Source: an uncultured Thermodesulfovibrio sp. (GTDB lineage: Bacteria > Nitrospirota > Thermodesulfovibrionia > Thermodesulfovibrionales > UBA6898). From it: DNA of 64,000 bases. Where the stretch lies: NCBI GenBank assembly GCA_964499365.1, contig CAZCKU010000014.1, positions 27,136 through 91,135 of the forward strand, given 5' to 3'. This document shows positions 26,578-36,689 of the stretch, in pieces. The position numbers and the translations under genes were made by a program. The notes below the pieces were generated by a model, which worked only from the letters and a program-made list of their open reading frames with translations, did no database searches and had not been told where the DNA came from. The number at the start of each line of letters is the position of its first letter. The stretch's first letter is position 1.

Positions 26578-27882
26578 ATGAACTTTATTGAGAGAATTCA
26601 GGAACGAGAAAGTGCGGTCGGTGTTATCGGTATGGGGTATGTCGGCCTCCCCCTGGCAATGGAATTCTGCCGGGCCGGATTTCAGGTAACGGGCTTTGAC
26701 ATTGACGGAGAAAAGGTGCGGCTCCTCAACGAGGGGAAAAGTTACATCAAGCATATCGACGCCGCGCAGATCAGGAATTGCTTTCCCTCATTTCACGCGA
26801 CAGCGGATTTCAGGGGTCTTGCAGCCATGGATTGCATCATCATCTGCGTGCCGACGCCGCTGAACAAATACCGCGAGCCTGATCTGTCCTACGTGCTCGA
26901 CACGACGAGGTCCATTGCCGGGCACCTGCGCAGGGGGCAGCTGGTGGTCCTGGAGTCATCGACGTATCCCGGGACGACCGACGAGGATATGCGTGCGATC
27001 CTTGAGGAGACCGGCTTGAGGGCCGGTGCTGATTTCCATCTTGCCTACTCCCCGGAACGTGAAGATCCGAATAACAACTGTTTTACGATGCGCCACATTC
27101 CCAAGGTGGTCAGCGGCTACACCCCTGCATGCCTGGAGGTGACCGCCGCCCTGTACGGGCAGATTATCGATAAGGTCATTCCCGTCTCGACGACGCGGAC
27201 GGCCGAGGCGACAAAGCTGCTTGAGAACATCTACCGTGCAGTCAACATCGCCCTTGTCAATGAACTGAAGGTGCTGCTCGACAAGATGGGCATAGACATA
27301 TGGGAGGTCATCGAAGCGGCCAACACCAAGCCCTTCGGTTTTCATGCCTTTTATCCGGGACCGGGTCTCGGTGGCCACTGCATACCGGTCGATCCCTTCT
27401 ACCTCACCTGGAAGGCTCGGGAATACGATTTCTCGACACGCTTCATCGAGCTGGCAGGTGAAATCAATACCCGGATGCCCTATTACGTTGTACAGAAGAC
27501 CATCGAGGCCCTCAGCGGACAGGGCAAGAGCGTTAACGGGGCCAGGGTGCTGATCCTCGGCCTTGCCTATAAAAAGGATGTTGACGACCTGCGTGAGTCC
27601 CCATCGCTCAAGCTCATGGAGCTCTTTAAGGAGAATGGGGCAGAGGTGGATTATAACGATCCCTATGTCACGACCCCGCCGAAGCTGAGAAAGTACAAAC
27701 TGGACAGGGGTTCGGTGCCGCTGACTGCCGAGAACCTCGGGACCTACTGCTGTGTTGTCATCGCAACCGATCATTCGGTTTACGACCCTGACTTTATTCT
27801 CGAAAACGCCCGTCTCGTCGTGGATACCAGGAACATGATGAAGAACGGCAACGGCCATTCCTCAAAGGTTTTCAAGGCGTAA
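26578..27882 (+). CDS. UDP-N-acetyl-D-hexosamine 6-dehydrogenase (WbpA/WecC-like nucleotide-sugar dehydrogenase)
   Basis: Start set at the ATG at 26578 (AAGGTGA RBS). [14 protein letters not shown] Rossmann motif; GGHCIPVDP catalytic Cys motif. Confidence 0.8.
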   Translation: MNFIERIQERESAVGVIGMGYVGLPLAMEFCRAGFQVTGFDIDGEKVRLLNEGKSYIKHIDAAQIRNCFPSFHATADFRGLAAMDCIIICVPTPLNKYREPDLSYVLDTTRSIAGHLRRGQLVVLESSTYPGTTDEDMRAILEETGLRAGADFHLAYSPEREDPNNNCFTMRHIPKVVSGYTPACLEVTAALYGQIIDKVIPVSTTRTAEATKLLENIYRAVNIALVNELKVLLDKMGIDIWEVIEAANTKPFGFHAFYPGPGLGGHCIPVDPFYLTWKAREYDFSTRFIELAGEINTRMPYYVVQKTIEALSGQGKSVNGARVLILGLAYKKDVDDLRESPSLKLMELFKENGAEVDYNDPYVTTPPKLRKYKLDRGSVPLTAENLGTYCCVVIATDHSVYDPDFILENARLVVDTRNMMKNGNGHSSKVFKA

Positions 27883-27883
27883 C

Positions 27884-29590
27884 ATGAAAGCGGAAGAAAC
27901 CGTTTCCCTGACGACCGACTCCGGCACGACGACGGGTCCAAAGGCAACCAGACGCCTCGGTCTCGCCGGCCTGGGGTTCTGGGGCAGGAACATCTTTCGC
28001 AATCTCAGCGGGATGGGGCTGCTCCGGACGGCCTGCGATTTCGATCCCGGTGTGATTACCGCATACAGCAGCAAGGCTGCAGTAATACCTGATGACGGGG
28101 GGACCACCCCTGCTGCCGTCAACTTCACCACCTCGTTCGATGAAATGCTTGGCGACCCGGCAATAGAGGCGCTGGTGATCGCCACGCCTGCGGTGACCCA
28201 TTACGAGCTGGTGAAAAAGACACTTGCCGCAGGGAAGGACGTCTTTGTCGAAAAACCCCTTGCCCTGACGGTTGCCGAAGGCGCTGAACTGGTTGCCCTG
28301 GCCGAAGGACTGCAGCGGGTCCTGATGGTCGGTCATATCCTCCAGTACCATCCCGCCGTGCTCAGGCTGAAGGAGCTGGTGCAGTCGGGCGAGATCGGAA
28401 AGATCCAGTATATCTATTCCAACCGTTTGAATATCGGCAGGTTCAGGACAGAGGAAAACATCCTCTGGAGTTTTGCACCGCACGACATCTCGGTCATCCT
28501 GATGCTGGTGGGAGAAGAGCCTGTCCACGTCTCGGCCAGCGGCGGTGATTACCTTAACAAGCAGGTCTACGACACCACGATGACGACACTCGAGTTCAGG
28601 GACGGCATGAAGGGACACGTATTTGTGAGCTGGCTCCACCCCTTCAAGGAGCAGAAACTGGTGATTGTCGGGTCGAAGGCCATGGTTGTTTTCGACGACG
28701 TCAGTGCTGAAAAGCTTTTCCTCTATCCCCATACGATCGAGTGGCAGAACGGGAGACTGCCGGTTGCGATGAAGGCAGAGTACCGGACCGTTCCGTACGA
28801 GACGGGAGAACCGTTGAGACGCGAACTCGAGCATTTTATGGACTGCATTGACCGGAGGCTGACACCCCGGACCGACGGCAGGGAAGGGCTTCGGGTACTG
28901 AGCGTCCTGCAGCGGGCGCAGCGCTCGATAGAAGACAGGCGGTCTCAGGCCGGTCAGGGTGCCCCCGATGTACCTCACGCACGGCAGGGCATTTACGGTG
29001 CTTCTCCTTCGGCCGCCATTCACGAAAGCGCGTACGTCGATGAGCAGGTTGCGATCGGCGAGGGCTCCAGGGTATGGCACTTTTCCCATATCCTCAGCGG
29101 CTCGGTCATCGGGAAAAACTGCACCATCGGCCAGAATGTCGTCATCGGACCCTCCAGCAGGCTGGGGGACCGGTGCAAGGTCCAGAACAACGTTTCGGTC
29201 TATAAAGGGGTGACGCTCGAGGATGATGTTTTTTGCGGACCGTCCTGTGTCTTTACGAATGTCTATAACCCCCGCGCGTTTATCGAGAGAAAGAATGAGT
29301 TCCGCAGCACCCTGGTGAAGAAAGGGGCAACGATCGGCGCCAATGCGACGGTCGTATGCGGCGTGACGATCGGCGAATACGCCCTGGTCGGGGCAGGCGC
29401 TGTCGTAAAGTCGGACGTACCTGCCCATGCCGTTGTCGCCGGTGTTCCGGCCCGGCAGATCGGGTGGGCCTGCAGATGCGGCACCACCCTGAAATTCCGC
29501 TCGGCAGACGCCACGTGCGACTACTGCGGCAACCACTATACGTTGACGGACAGGAATACCTTACTGCCCCGGGAGGGGGAATGCATATGA
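27884..29590 (+). CDS. fused Gfo/Idh/MocA oxidoreductase (WbpB-like) + hexapeptide N-acetyltransferase (WbpD-like)
   Basis: One uninterrupted 568-aa frame. Residues ~25-345 are a GFO_IDH_MocA fold (GLGFWGRN..., EKPLALT). After a ~25-aa linker comes [22 protein letters not shown]...[10 protein letters not shown]...[11 protein letters not shown], a WbpD-type left-handed beta-helix. Confidence 0.8.
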   Translation: MKAEETVSLTTDSGTTTGPKATRRLGLAGLGFWGRNIFRNLSGMGLLRTACDFDPGVITAYSSKAAVIPDDGGTTPAAVNFTTSFDEMLGDPAIEALVIATPAVTHYELVKKTLAAGKDVFVEKPLALTVAEGAELVALAEGLQRVLMVGHILQYHPAVLRLKELVQSGEIGKIQYIYSNRLNIGRFRTEENILWSFAPHDISVILMLVGEEPVHVSASGGDYLNKQVYDTTMTTLEFRDGMKGHVFVSWLHPFKEQKLVIVGSKAMVVFDDVSAEKLFLYPHTIEWQNGRLPVAMKAEYRTVPYETGEPLRRELEHFMDCIDRRLTPRTDGREGLRVLSVLQRAQRSIEDRRSQAGQGAPDVPHARQGIYGASPSAAIHESAYVDEQVAIGEGSRVWHFSHILSGSVIGKNCTIGQNVVIGPSSRLGDRCKVQNNVSVYKGVTLEDDVFCGPSCVFTNVYNPRAFIERKNEFRSTLVKKGATIGANATVVCGVTIGEYALVGAGAVVKSDVPAHAVVAGVPARQIGWACRCGTTLKFRSADATCDYCGNHYTLTDRNTLLPREGECI

Positions 29591-30750
29591 AGCAGGTACC
29601 GATGCTCGACCTCTGCACGGAATACCAGTATATGAAGCAGGATATCGACGCCGCACTGCAGCGCTGCCTGGCGCACCAGAAGTGGATATTCGGTCCCGAG
29701 ATAGAGGCCTTCGAAGCTGCGGTTGTGTCCTATCTCGATGTGCACGACTGCATTGCTGTTTCTTCCGGGACCGAGGCCCTGGTCCTCTCCCTGCGTGCCC
29801 TTGCGATAGAACGCACGGGTGCCGAGTACTTCACGCGGGACGATCAGATTATCACCACACCCTTTACCTTTACGGCAACCGGCGACGCCATTGTCCGGTC
29901 AGGCGCCACACCGGTCTTTCTTGATATCGATCCCCGTACCTGCAACATCGACCCTGCCGGGATCAGGGAGTACGTCTCGTCGACGCAGGCGTCGGGCAGG
30001 GTGGCTGGCATTATCCCGGTCCACCTGTATGGTCAGCCCGCTGCCATGGATGAGATCATGCAGATCGCAGAGGAGTATGGCCTGTTTGTTGTGGAGGATG
30101 TGGCACAGGCCTTCGGTGCGACCTGGAAGACGAGAAAGCTCGGCTCGCTCGGGACCACCGGGGCCTTCAGCTTCTTCCCCTCGAAGAACCTGGGGAGTTT
30201 CGGAGACGCCGGTTTGATAGCCACCAGCGATAAGGCAGTTGCCGATATGGCGCGCATGCTGATAAAACACGGCGGCAGGGATAAATACAACGTTGATCAC
30301 ATTGGCTATAACGGACGCATGGACACGCTGCAGGCTGCGGTCCTTCTCGCAAAACTCCGGTACATCGATGAATTCAACAGCAGGAGGGGGCAGGTCGCGG
30401 CATTCTATATAAAGGAACTCGCGGACATTCCGGGGCTCTCTCTGCCGGTCCCGGCCTGGAAGGCCGATGACACCTGCGTACCGCACGTCTTCCATCAGTT
30501 TACCATCCGCACGGACTCACGGGACGCACTTCAGGCACACCTCAGGTCCGAAGGAGTAGCTTCAATGGTCTACTATCCCGTTCCGCTGCATAAGATGAAG
30601 GTCTTTCAGGGCAGGATGCACTGCCCGGGCAGTCTGCCGGAGGCGGAGAAGGCGGCAGAACAGGTCCTGTCACTCCCTGTCGGTCCCCTGCAGCAGGCAG
30701 AGGAAAGCGCATTCGTGGTTGAAAAGGTAAGGAGCTTCTTCGGGCACTGA
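29587..30750 (+). CDS. DegT/DnrJ/EryC1-family aminotransferase (WbpE-like)
   Basis: Track ORF trimmed to the ATG at 29587 (ATGA overlap with the upstream stop). MKQVPMLDL...; FFPSKNLG is the PLP-lysine motif. Confidence 0.8.
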   Translation: MKQVPMLDLCTEYQYMKQDIDAALQRCLAHQKWIFGPEIEAFEAAVVSYLDVHDCIAVSSGTEALVLSLRALAIERTGAEYFTRDDQIITTPFTFTATGDAIVRSGATPVFLDIDPRTCNIDPAGIREYVSSTQASGRVAGIIPVHLYGQPAAMDEIMQIAEEYGLFVVEDVAQAFGATWKTRKLGSLGTTGAFSFFPSKNLGSFGDAGLIATSDKAVADMARMLIKHGGRDKYNVDHIGYNGRMDTLQAAVLLAKLRYIDEFNSRRGQVAAFYIKELADIPGLSLPVPAWKADDTCVPHVFHQFTIRTDSRDALQAHLRSEGVASMVYYPVPLHKMKVFQGRMHCPGSLPEAEKAAEQVLSLPVGPLQQAEESAFVVEKVRSFFGH

Positions 30751-30831
30751 CCCTTTTTCCCGGCTGCGCAGCGGCCGGCGCCGAGAAAGAGTTCCCGCAG
30801 CAGAAAATCCAGTTATGTTTGGGGGCATCGC

Positions 30832-31995
30832 GTGAAGACAATCGTCGAGATACCGTTCCACAAACCATACATCACCGAAGATGAAATTGCCGAGGTCCTG
30901 GATTCGCTCAGGTCAGGCTGGCTGACCATGGGGCCCAAGACCGTCCGGTTTGAAGAGCAGTTCAGGGACTACCTGGGTGCCCCGCATGCGGTGTCGATGA
31001 ATTCATGCACCGCCGCCCTGCACCTTGCCCTGATGGCTGCCGGTATTCGGGAGGGCGACGAGGTGATACTCCCGGCGATGACCTTCACGGCAACGGCCGA
31101 GGTCGTTACCTATCTGAGGGCAAAACCGGTGCTTGCGGATGTGGACGTGGCCACCTGCAACATCGATGTGGCGGCAATAGAAGAAAAGATAACAGGGAAG
31201 ACCCGGGCGATCATCCCGGTCCATTTTGCGGGGCAGCCCTGCGATATGGATGAGATCTGCGGTCTGGCCGCCGAAAGAAACCTGACGGTCATCGAAGACG
31301 CCGCCCATGCGATCCCCGCACGCTATAAGGACAGAATGATCGGGACGATCGGAGACCTGACCTGCTTCAGTTTTTACGCCACCAAGTCCCTTACCACGGG
31401 TGAGGGCGGTATGGTCACCACGGCACGGGAAGAGTGGGCCGAACGGATGAGGATACTGCGGCTGCACGGCATATCCCGTGACGCCTGGAAGAGATATACC
31501 AGTGAGGGTACGTGGTACTACGAGGTCACGGAGGCCGGCTACAAATACAACATGACGGATCTCCAGGCGGCCCTCGGCATTGCGCAGCTCAGAAAGGTGG
31601 ACTGGATGTGGCAGAGACGGCAGCAAATCGCCGCCATCTATTCGGAAAAGTTCAGGGCCATTCCGGAAGTGCAGACCCCGGTGGTGAAGGCAGACAGGGA
31701 AAGCGGCTGGCACCTTTACGTCGTGAGGCTCCTGCCGGACACGCTGACGATAGACCGGAGCCGCTTCATCGAGGAACTGAAAAACATCGGGACGATGGCC
31801 TCGGTCCATTTTATCCCCCTCTACCGCCATCCGTATTACCGCGATGCCTTTCAGTATACCCCCCGCGGGTTCGCAGCATCGGAACAGATTTATGAGCAGA
31901 TCATCTCCCTGCCGATCTACCCCGGTATGGCTGATGACGATGCTGAACAGGTGGTTGATTCGGTCGCCCACGTGGTGAGGAAGTTCCGGAGATAG
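30832..31995 (+). CDS. DegT-family aminotransferase (PglE/WecE-like sugar 4-aminotransferase)
   Basis: IPFHKPYITEDEI...; the SFYATKSLTTGEGG PLP-lysine motif; GTG start. Confidence 0.8.
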   Translation: MKTIVEIPFHKPYITEDEIAEVLDSLRSGWLTMGPKTVRFEEQFRDYLGAPHAVSMNSCTAALHLALMAAGIREGDEVILPAMTFTATAEVVTYLRAKPVLADVDVATCNIDVAAIEEKITGKTRAIIPVHFAGQPCDMDEICGLAAERNLTVIEDAAHAIPARYKDRMIGTIGDLTCFSFYATKSLTTGEGGMVTTAREEWAERMRILRLHGISRDAWKRYTSEGTWYYEVTEAGYKYNMTDLQAALGIAQLRKVDWMWQRRQQIAAIYSEKFRAIPEVQTPVVKADRESGWHLYVVRLLPDTLTIDRSRFIEELKNIGTMASVHFIPLYRHPYYRDAFQYTPRGFAASEQIYEQIISLPIYPGMADDDAEQVVDSVAHVVRKFRR

Positions 31996-32000
31996 CGCAG

Positions 32001-32609
32001 ATGCTGAAGCGTCTTATGGACATCGTTCTGTCGTTCGCGGGCTTGATCGTCCTCCTGCCGGTCTTCGCGGTGACCGCGGTCCTGGTCAGGCGCGACAGTC
32101 CCGGCCCGGTTTTTTTCAGACAGGAGCGGATCGGCAGGGATTTCAGGCCTTTCATGATCTATAAATTCAGGACCATGACAAGCGGGGCAGAGGCCAGCGG
32201 AGCCCGGATCACCGTTGGCGGCGATGCGCGCATCACGCGAATCGGCCATCTGCTCAGGAGGACCAAGATTGATGAACTGCCGCAGCTGTTCAACGTGCTG
32301 AAGGGGGACATGAGCCTTGTGGGTCCCCGGCCTGAGGTCAGGGAATACGTCGAACTGTTCAAAACGGAATACGGGAAGCTGCTCAGGGTCCGGCCCGGGA
32401 TAACCGACCCTGCCTCCCTGCGCTATTCCGAAGAAGAAGCGGTCCTTTCCTCGGCAGATAACTGGCAGTCTGATTACACCAACAGGGTCCTGCCGGAGAA
32501 GATACGGCTGTCGCTGGGGTATGTGGAGAAACATGATATTGTCACCGATGTCGGCCTGATAGTGAGGACCATCTTCAAGATCGCGGATACGCGGGGTAAC
32601 ACACTATGA
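32001..32609 (+). CDS. small monotopic phosphoglycosyl transferase (PglC/WbaP-C-like initiating enzyme)
   Basis: KRLMDIVLSFAGLIVLLP...PGPVFFRQERIG...DELPQLFNVLKGDMSLVGPRP are the Bac_transf motifs. Confidence 0.85.
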   Translation: MLKRLMDIVLSFAGLIVLLPVFAVTAVLVRRDSPGPVFFRQERIGRDFRPFMIYKFRTMTSGAEASGARITVGGDARITRIGHLLRRTKIDELPQLFNVLKGDMSLVGPRPEVREYVELFKTEYGKLLRVRPGITDPASLRYSEEEAVLSSADNWQSDYTNRVLPEKIRLSLGYVEKHDIVTDVGLIVRTIFKIADTRGNTL

Positions 32610-32631
32610 AAGCAGAGGAGCCAGGAAAGCC

Positions 32632-34731
32632 ATGATCGGTATGCACAGCGGCATATATGAAACGCTCAAGGGCTGTATCATTAAATACCGGCAGACGTTT
32701 GTCACCGGGATATTCCTCATCCAGGTTGCGCTCGCAAACTACTGTGCCTTTATCCTCCGGTTCGACACGCTGCTGCCTGCGGCATATCTGGAGAAATTCC
32801 TGACGTACCTGCCGGTGCTTCTCCTTGTCCGCCTCTTCTTCCATTTCCTGCTCGGACTGCACCGGGGCCTCTGGCGCTACGCCAGCATCAGCGATATGAT
32901 CAAGATCGTCAATTCCGCCACTCTCGGCAGTATCGTATTCCTGGTGGCCGTGGACTATGTTGCCGGCGATCCGGCCTATCCTCATTCGATCTACATACTC
33001 GACTGGCTGCTGTTCATCATCATATCGGGAGCAACCAGGCTCCTGCTGAGGGTATTCAGGGAATATGCGCTGAGTGAGGCCTCCCGCAAGAATATCCTGA
33101 TCGTCGGGGCTGGGGACGCCGGCGAGCTGCTGGTGCGGGAAATGAAGCATAATCACGACAGCGACTATGAGCCGGTCGGCTTTATCGACGACGATCCACA
33201 GAAACAGGGACTCACCATACACGGGGTGCCGATCCTGGGGCAGTGCAGCATGCTCCCGGAGATCATCCGGAAGCATAAACCCGCAGAAATCCTTATCGCG
33301 GTATCGACCGATGCGCAGCAGATCATACAGAAGGTGTATGAAATATGCAAGCCGTTCAACCTGCCGATCAAAAAACTGCCGGGGATACACGATCTGCTTG
33401 ACGGGAACGTATCGGTGGCGACGAAGCTCGGCCAGCGCCTCGTGGAGGCCGGGCTTGTCTCTGAAGGCCAGATACAGGAGGCCCTCGACTCCCAGAAGAA
33501 GGAGGGCGGGAGGCTGGGGTCGATCCTGGTGCGGCTCGGCTATCTCACTGAGGAGAAATTCATTGAGTTCCTGAACAGACAGCAGGGTATTTCGCACATG
33601 AAACCGATCTCGCTGGTCGACCTGCTCCAGAGAGACCAGGTGAAAACGGACATTACCTCGGTCAGGAGCCTCATCGGCGGCAAATCAGTCATCGTGACCG
33701 GCGCCGGCGGCTCGATCGGTTCGGAACTCTGCCGGCAGATCATAAAATACAAGCCGTCCAGGCTGATATTGTTCGACCGGTATGAAAACAGCACCTTCGA
33801 GGTGGACAACGAATTGAAGGCCCTGGGCCATGATGATACAATACTCACCACGATCATCGGCGACATTCAGGATATCCAGCACCTGGAGCAGACCTTTCTC
33901 CGCTATAAACCGCAGATCGTCTTTCACGCTGCGGCGTATAAACATGTGCCCCTTATGGAACACAATCCGGTCGAGGCGATCAAAAACAACGTCTTCGGCA
34001 CGAAAAACGTGATTGACGCCGCATCGCGCCACTGCTCGGAGAGTTTTGTGCTGATCTCGACGGACAAGGCGGTCAATCCCTCCAGTATTATGGGTGCCAC
34101 CAAGCGTATCGCCGAATTTCTGACGGTCAATATGAATTCCTTCTGCGGTACAAAATTTACGACGGTACGCTTTGGAAACGTGCTCGGGACGAACGGAAGC
34201 GTTGTGCCGATTTTCAAGGAACAGGTGAAAAAGGGTGGTCCGGTGACGGTTACCCATCCCGAGGTGAAGAGATTCTTCATGCTGATTCCCGAGGCCGTCC
34301 AACTGGTGCTGATCGCGGCCGCGTCGGGCCGGGGCGGCGAGATATTCGTTCTCGACATGGGCAGTCCCATCAAGATCATCGACCTGGCTGAAAACTTTAT
34401 CCGGCTTTCGGGGTTTATTCCGCATCAGGAGATCAAGATCAAATATACCGGACTGCGGCCCGGAGAAAAACTCTACGAAGACCTCTTTGATGAAACAGAG
34501 ATCATGGTCCCGACGAACCACAAGAAACTCATGACTGCACTGCCCAGTGTCCCATCCTCTGTCGTCCTCCACGGTCATCTCGCCGCGCTGGAGGAGATCG
34601 TCCGCAACTATGCCGCTGAAGACATTGTTCCGAAGATGCGGGACATATTGCCGAGCTTCAGGGGCGGTTTCCCGGATGTCCCCGGCGTTGAAGGAGTGGC
34701 TGAAATAATCATGCAATCAGGGAAACTGTAA
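32632..34731 (+). CDS. membrane-anchored UDP-GlcNAc 4,6-dehydratase (PglF/WbpM/CapD family) with an inserted MshEN-type domain
   Basis: Four N-terminal TM helices; Rossmann-like linker ILIVGAGDAGE; catalytic SDR VIVTGAGGSIGSEL...AAAYKHVPLME...STDKAV. An extra ~60-aa segment sits between the linker and catalytic domains. Confidence 0.85.
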   Translation: MIGMHSGIYETLKGCIIKYRQTFVTGIFLIQVALANYCAFILRFDTLLPAAYLEKFLTYLPVLLLVRLFFHFLLGLHRGLWRYASISDMIKIVNSATLGSIVFLVAVDYVAGDPAYPHSIYILDWLLFIIISGATRLLLRVFREYALSEASRKNILIVGAGDAGELLVREMKHNHDSDYEPVGFIDDDPQKQGLTIHGVPILGQCSMLPEIIRKHKPAEILIAVSTDAQQIIQKVYEICKPFNLPIKKLPGIHDLLDGNVSVATKLGQRLVEAGLVSEGQIQEALDSQKKEGGRLGSILVRLGYLTEEKFIEFLNRQQGISHMKPISLVDLLQRDQVKTDITSVRSLIGGKSVIVTGAGGSIGSELCRQIIKYKPSRLILFDRYENSTFEVDNELKALGHDDTILTTIIGDIQDIQHLEQTFLRYKPQIVFHAAAYKHVPLMEHNPVEAIKNNVFGTKNVIDAASRHCSESFVLISTDKAVNPSSIMGATKRIAEFLTVNMNSFCGTKFTTVRFGNVLGTNGSVVPIFKEQVKKGGPVTVTHPEVKRFFMLIPEAVQLVLIAAASGRGGEIFVLDMGSPIKIIDLAENFIRLSGFIPHQEIKIKYTGLRPGEKLYEDLFDETEIMVPTNHKKLMTALPSVPSSVVLHGHLAALEEIVRNYAAEDIVPKMRDILPSFRGGFPDVPGVEGVAEIIMQSGKL
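33424..33582 (+). other. tandem 24-residue MshEN c-di-GMP-binding motifs inside the dehydratase
   Basis: KLGQRLVEAGLVSEGQIQEALDSQ, then KKEGG, then RLGSILVRLGYLTEEKFIEFLNRQ. Both halves fit RLGxx(L/V/I)(L/V/I)xxG(L/V/I)(L/V/I)xxxxLxxxLxxQ and are separated by a 5-residue spacer. Confidence 0.75.
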
Positions 34732-34801
34732 ACCCTGATGCGGCCGAAATAAAAGTCTCCGGCGCCGCCGCCGACTTGCGTACGGAGAGAAAGGCAATAC
34801 T

Positions 34802-35179
34802 ATGTCTGCCGAAAGCTCAGAACGAAGAGAATATTTCAGGTTTGATCTCGCGAATGTCGTTGAGCTGGTTGCTGCTGATGCGGCCTCGTCCGACCAGTTC
34901 AGGGGTGTGACGATCAATATCAGTGAGACCGGCATGAGCCTTTTTGTCTTTCAGCCGATACGCACCAACGACAGGATCTCGATCGTCAAGAGCATGCTGC
35001 CGCTCTGTCATAGGGCAGGCCGCGTGCGGTGGGTGAACAGGCTGGCAACAGACTTTTATAAGATCGGCCTGATGTTTGACCCGGAGGACGTCCAGGCCTC
35101 CGCGGCGTCACCGGGTGAGAACCGGACCGCGCACGTGCTGTATGCCCCCGGCCGGAAGGACCCGTCGGAGGAGGTTTAA
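34802..35179 (+). CDS. stand-alone PilZ domain protein (c-di-GMP receptor)
   Basis: RREYFR (RxxxR) and NISETG (D/NxSxxG) motifs with typical spacing. 125 aa. Confidence 0.75.
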   Translation: MSAESSERREYFRFDLANVVELVAADAASSDQFRGVTINISETGMSLFVFQPIRTNDRISIVKSMLPLCHRAGRVRWVNRLATDFYKIGLMFDPEDVQASAASPGENRTAHVLYAPGRKDPSEEV

Positions 35180-36550
35180 GTGAGCCGGCTAACCTCAAAC
35201 AGCAAGGGACGAATACTCATTGTCGACGATGAGCCGGCCGGCACCTGCGTCCTCTCCGCGATTCTGGCGGAGGAGGGGTACGACGTCATGACCTCGGACA
35301 ATGCGGACTATGCCGGCAGGGTAGTCAGGCATGAAGACCTTGACGCGGTGATTACCGACCTCAAGGTGCCCGGCAGCGACGGGATGCGCTTTTTTGATTA
35401 TATCTGCGAGGCCAAGCCGGATATCCCGGTCGTCTTCCTGACCGCCTGCGGTACGATTGAATCAGCAGTCGCCGCGATGTCGCGCGGGGCCTTCTATTAT
35501 TTTGTCAAGCCTCCGGACTATGAAAAGTTGAAGGGAATCCTCGCGCGGGCGGTCGAAAAACGCCGTTTGAAAAGGGAGATCGATCTTCTGAAGAGCAGGC
35601 TTGCCAACGAAGCAAATGGCTATGCCATTGTCGGCAACACCCCGGAACTGCGGCGGATCCTGGAGACGGTCGATGCGGTGAAGGACTCGATGAGCACGGT
35701 CCTCATCAGCGGCGAGACCGGTACCGGGAAAGAGCTTATTGCGCGTACGCTGCACTACCGGAGCATGAAGAGTACCCTGCCTTTTATCACGGTCAACTGC
35801 GCCGCCATACCCAGGGAGCTTGTGGCAGTGGAGCTCTTCGGGTGTGAGAAGGGTGCCTTTGCAGGAGCCACGGCCCGGAGGACCGGCAAGTTTGAGGAAG
35901 CGGCGAACGGGGTGGTATTTTTCGATGAGATCAGCGAACTGGAGCTCCCGGTGCAGGAGAAACTGCTCCATGTCCTCGAAACCATGGAGATTGAACGACT
36001 GGGAGGCAGCAGGAAGATCAGGGTGGCCTTCAGGCTCATATCCGCCACGAACCGCGACCTGCTCGCAGAAGTACGGAAGGGCCGCTTCAGGGAGGACCTC
36101 TATTCCCGCATCGCCATGGTTGAGATCCCGGTGCCCCCGCTTCGCCACAGAGCAGACGATATACTGCTGCTGGCGACCGCCTTCCTGAGCGAGTGCTGTG
36201 CCCGGAACGGGAGGCTGGTGACGCTCTCGGGCGAGGTGCTGAAGACCCTGCAACTCTATCATTGGCCCGGGAACATCCGCGAACTCAAGAACGTCATCGA
36301 GCGTGCGTTTATCCTCGCCAAGGGAGGACAGATCGGCTTCCGGGAACTGCCTGCGGAGATCCTGTCGATGAGAAAACAGCCGGCACAGAACGGTTCGACC
36401 CGGACGCTCAAGGAACTGGAAATTCATGCGATCAGGGAGACGCTCCATAAGTGCAGGGGAAACAAATCCAAGACCGCCAAAATACTCGGTATTTCGCGAA
36501 AGGCCTTTTATAAGCGCCTTCGGGAAGCCGATCATCCTGAAGCTCTCTGA
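35180..36550 (+). CDS. sigma-54-dependent response regulator, paralog of 24272..25687, with a GAFAGA loop variant
   Basis: GTG start immediately after the PilZ stop, with a GGAGGAGG RBS inside the PilZ 3' end. REC (VITDLKVPG); GETGTGKE; GAFAGA at 35852-35869; HTH NKSKTAKILGISRKAFYKRL. Confidence 0.9.
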   Translation: MSRLTSNSKGRILIVDDEPAGTCVLSAILAEEGYDVMTSDNADYAGRVVRHEDLDAVITDLKVPGSDGMRFFDYICEAKPDIPVVFLTACGTIESAVAAMSRGAFYYFVKPPDYEKLKGILARAVEKRRLKREIDLLKSRLANEANGYAIVGNTPELRRILETVDAVKDSMSTVLISGETGTGKELIARTLHYRSMKSTLPFITVNCAAIPRELVAVELFGCEKGAFAGATARRTGKFEEAANGVVFFDEISELELPVQEKLLHVLETMEIERLGGSRKIRVAFRLISATNRDLLAEVRKGRFREDLYSRIAMVEIPVPPLRHRADDILLLATAFLSECCARNGRLVTLSGEVLKTLQLYHWPGNIRELKNVIERAFILAKGGQIGFRELPAEILSMRKQPAQNGSTRTLKELEIHAIRETLHKCRGNKSKTAKILGISRKAFYKRLREADHPEAL

Positions 36551-36689
36551 TAGTTCAGCTGATACCCGGCAGGGGGAGGGTTGAATACATGAAGACAATA
36601 CACGACGATATTGGTGATCTGCCGTCCTGCAGGACAGGCGGGGGCTTCGTTTCCCGGTACGGCCCGGCAGGCCGCTGCAGGAGGTTGCC

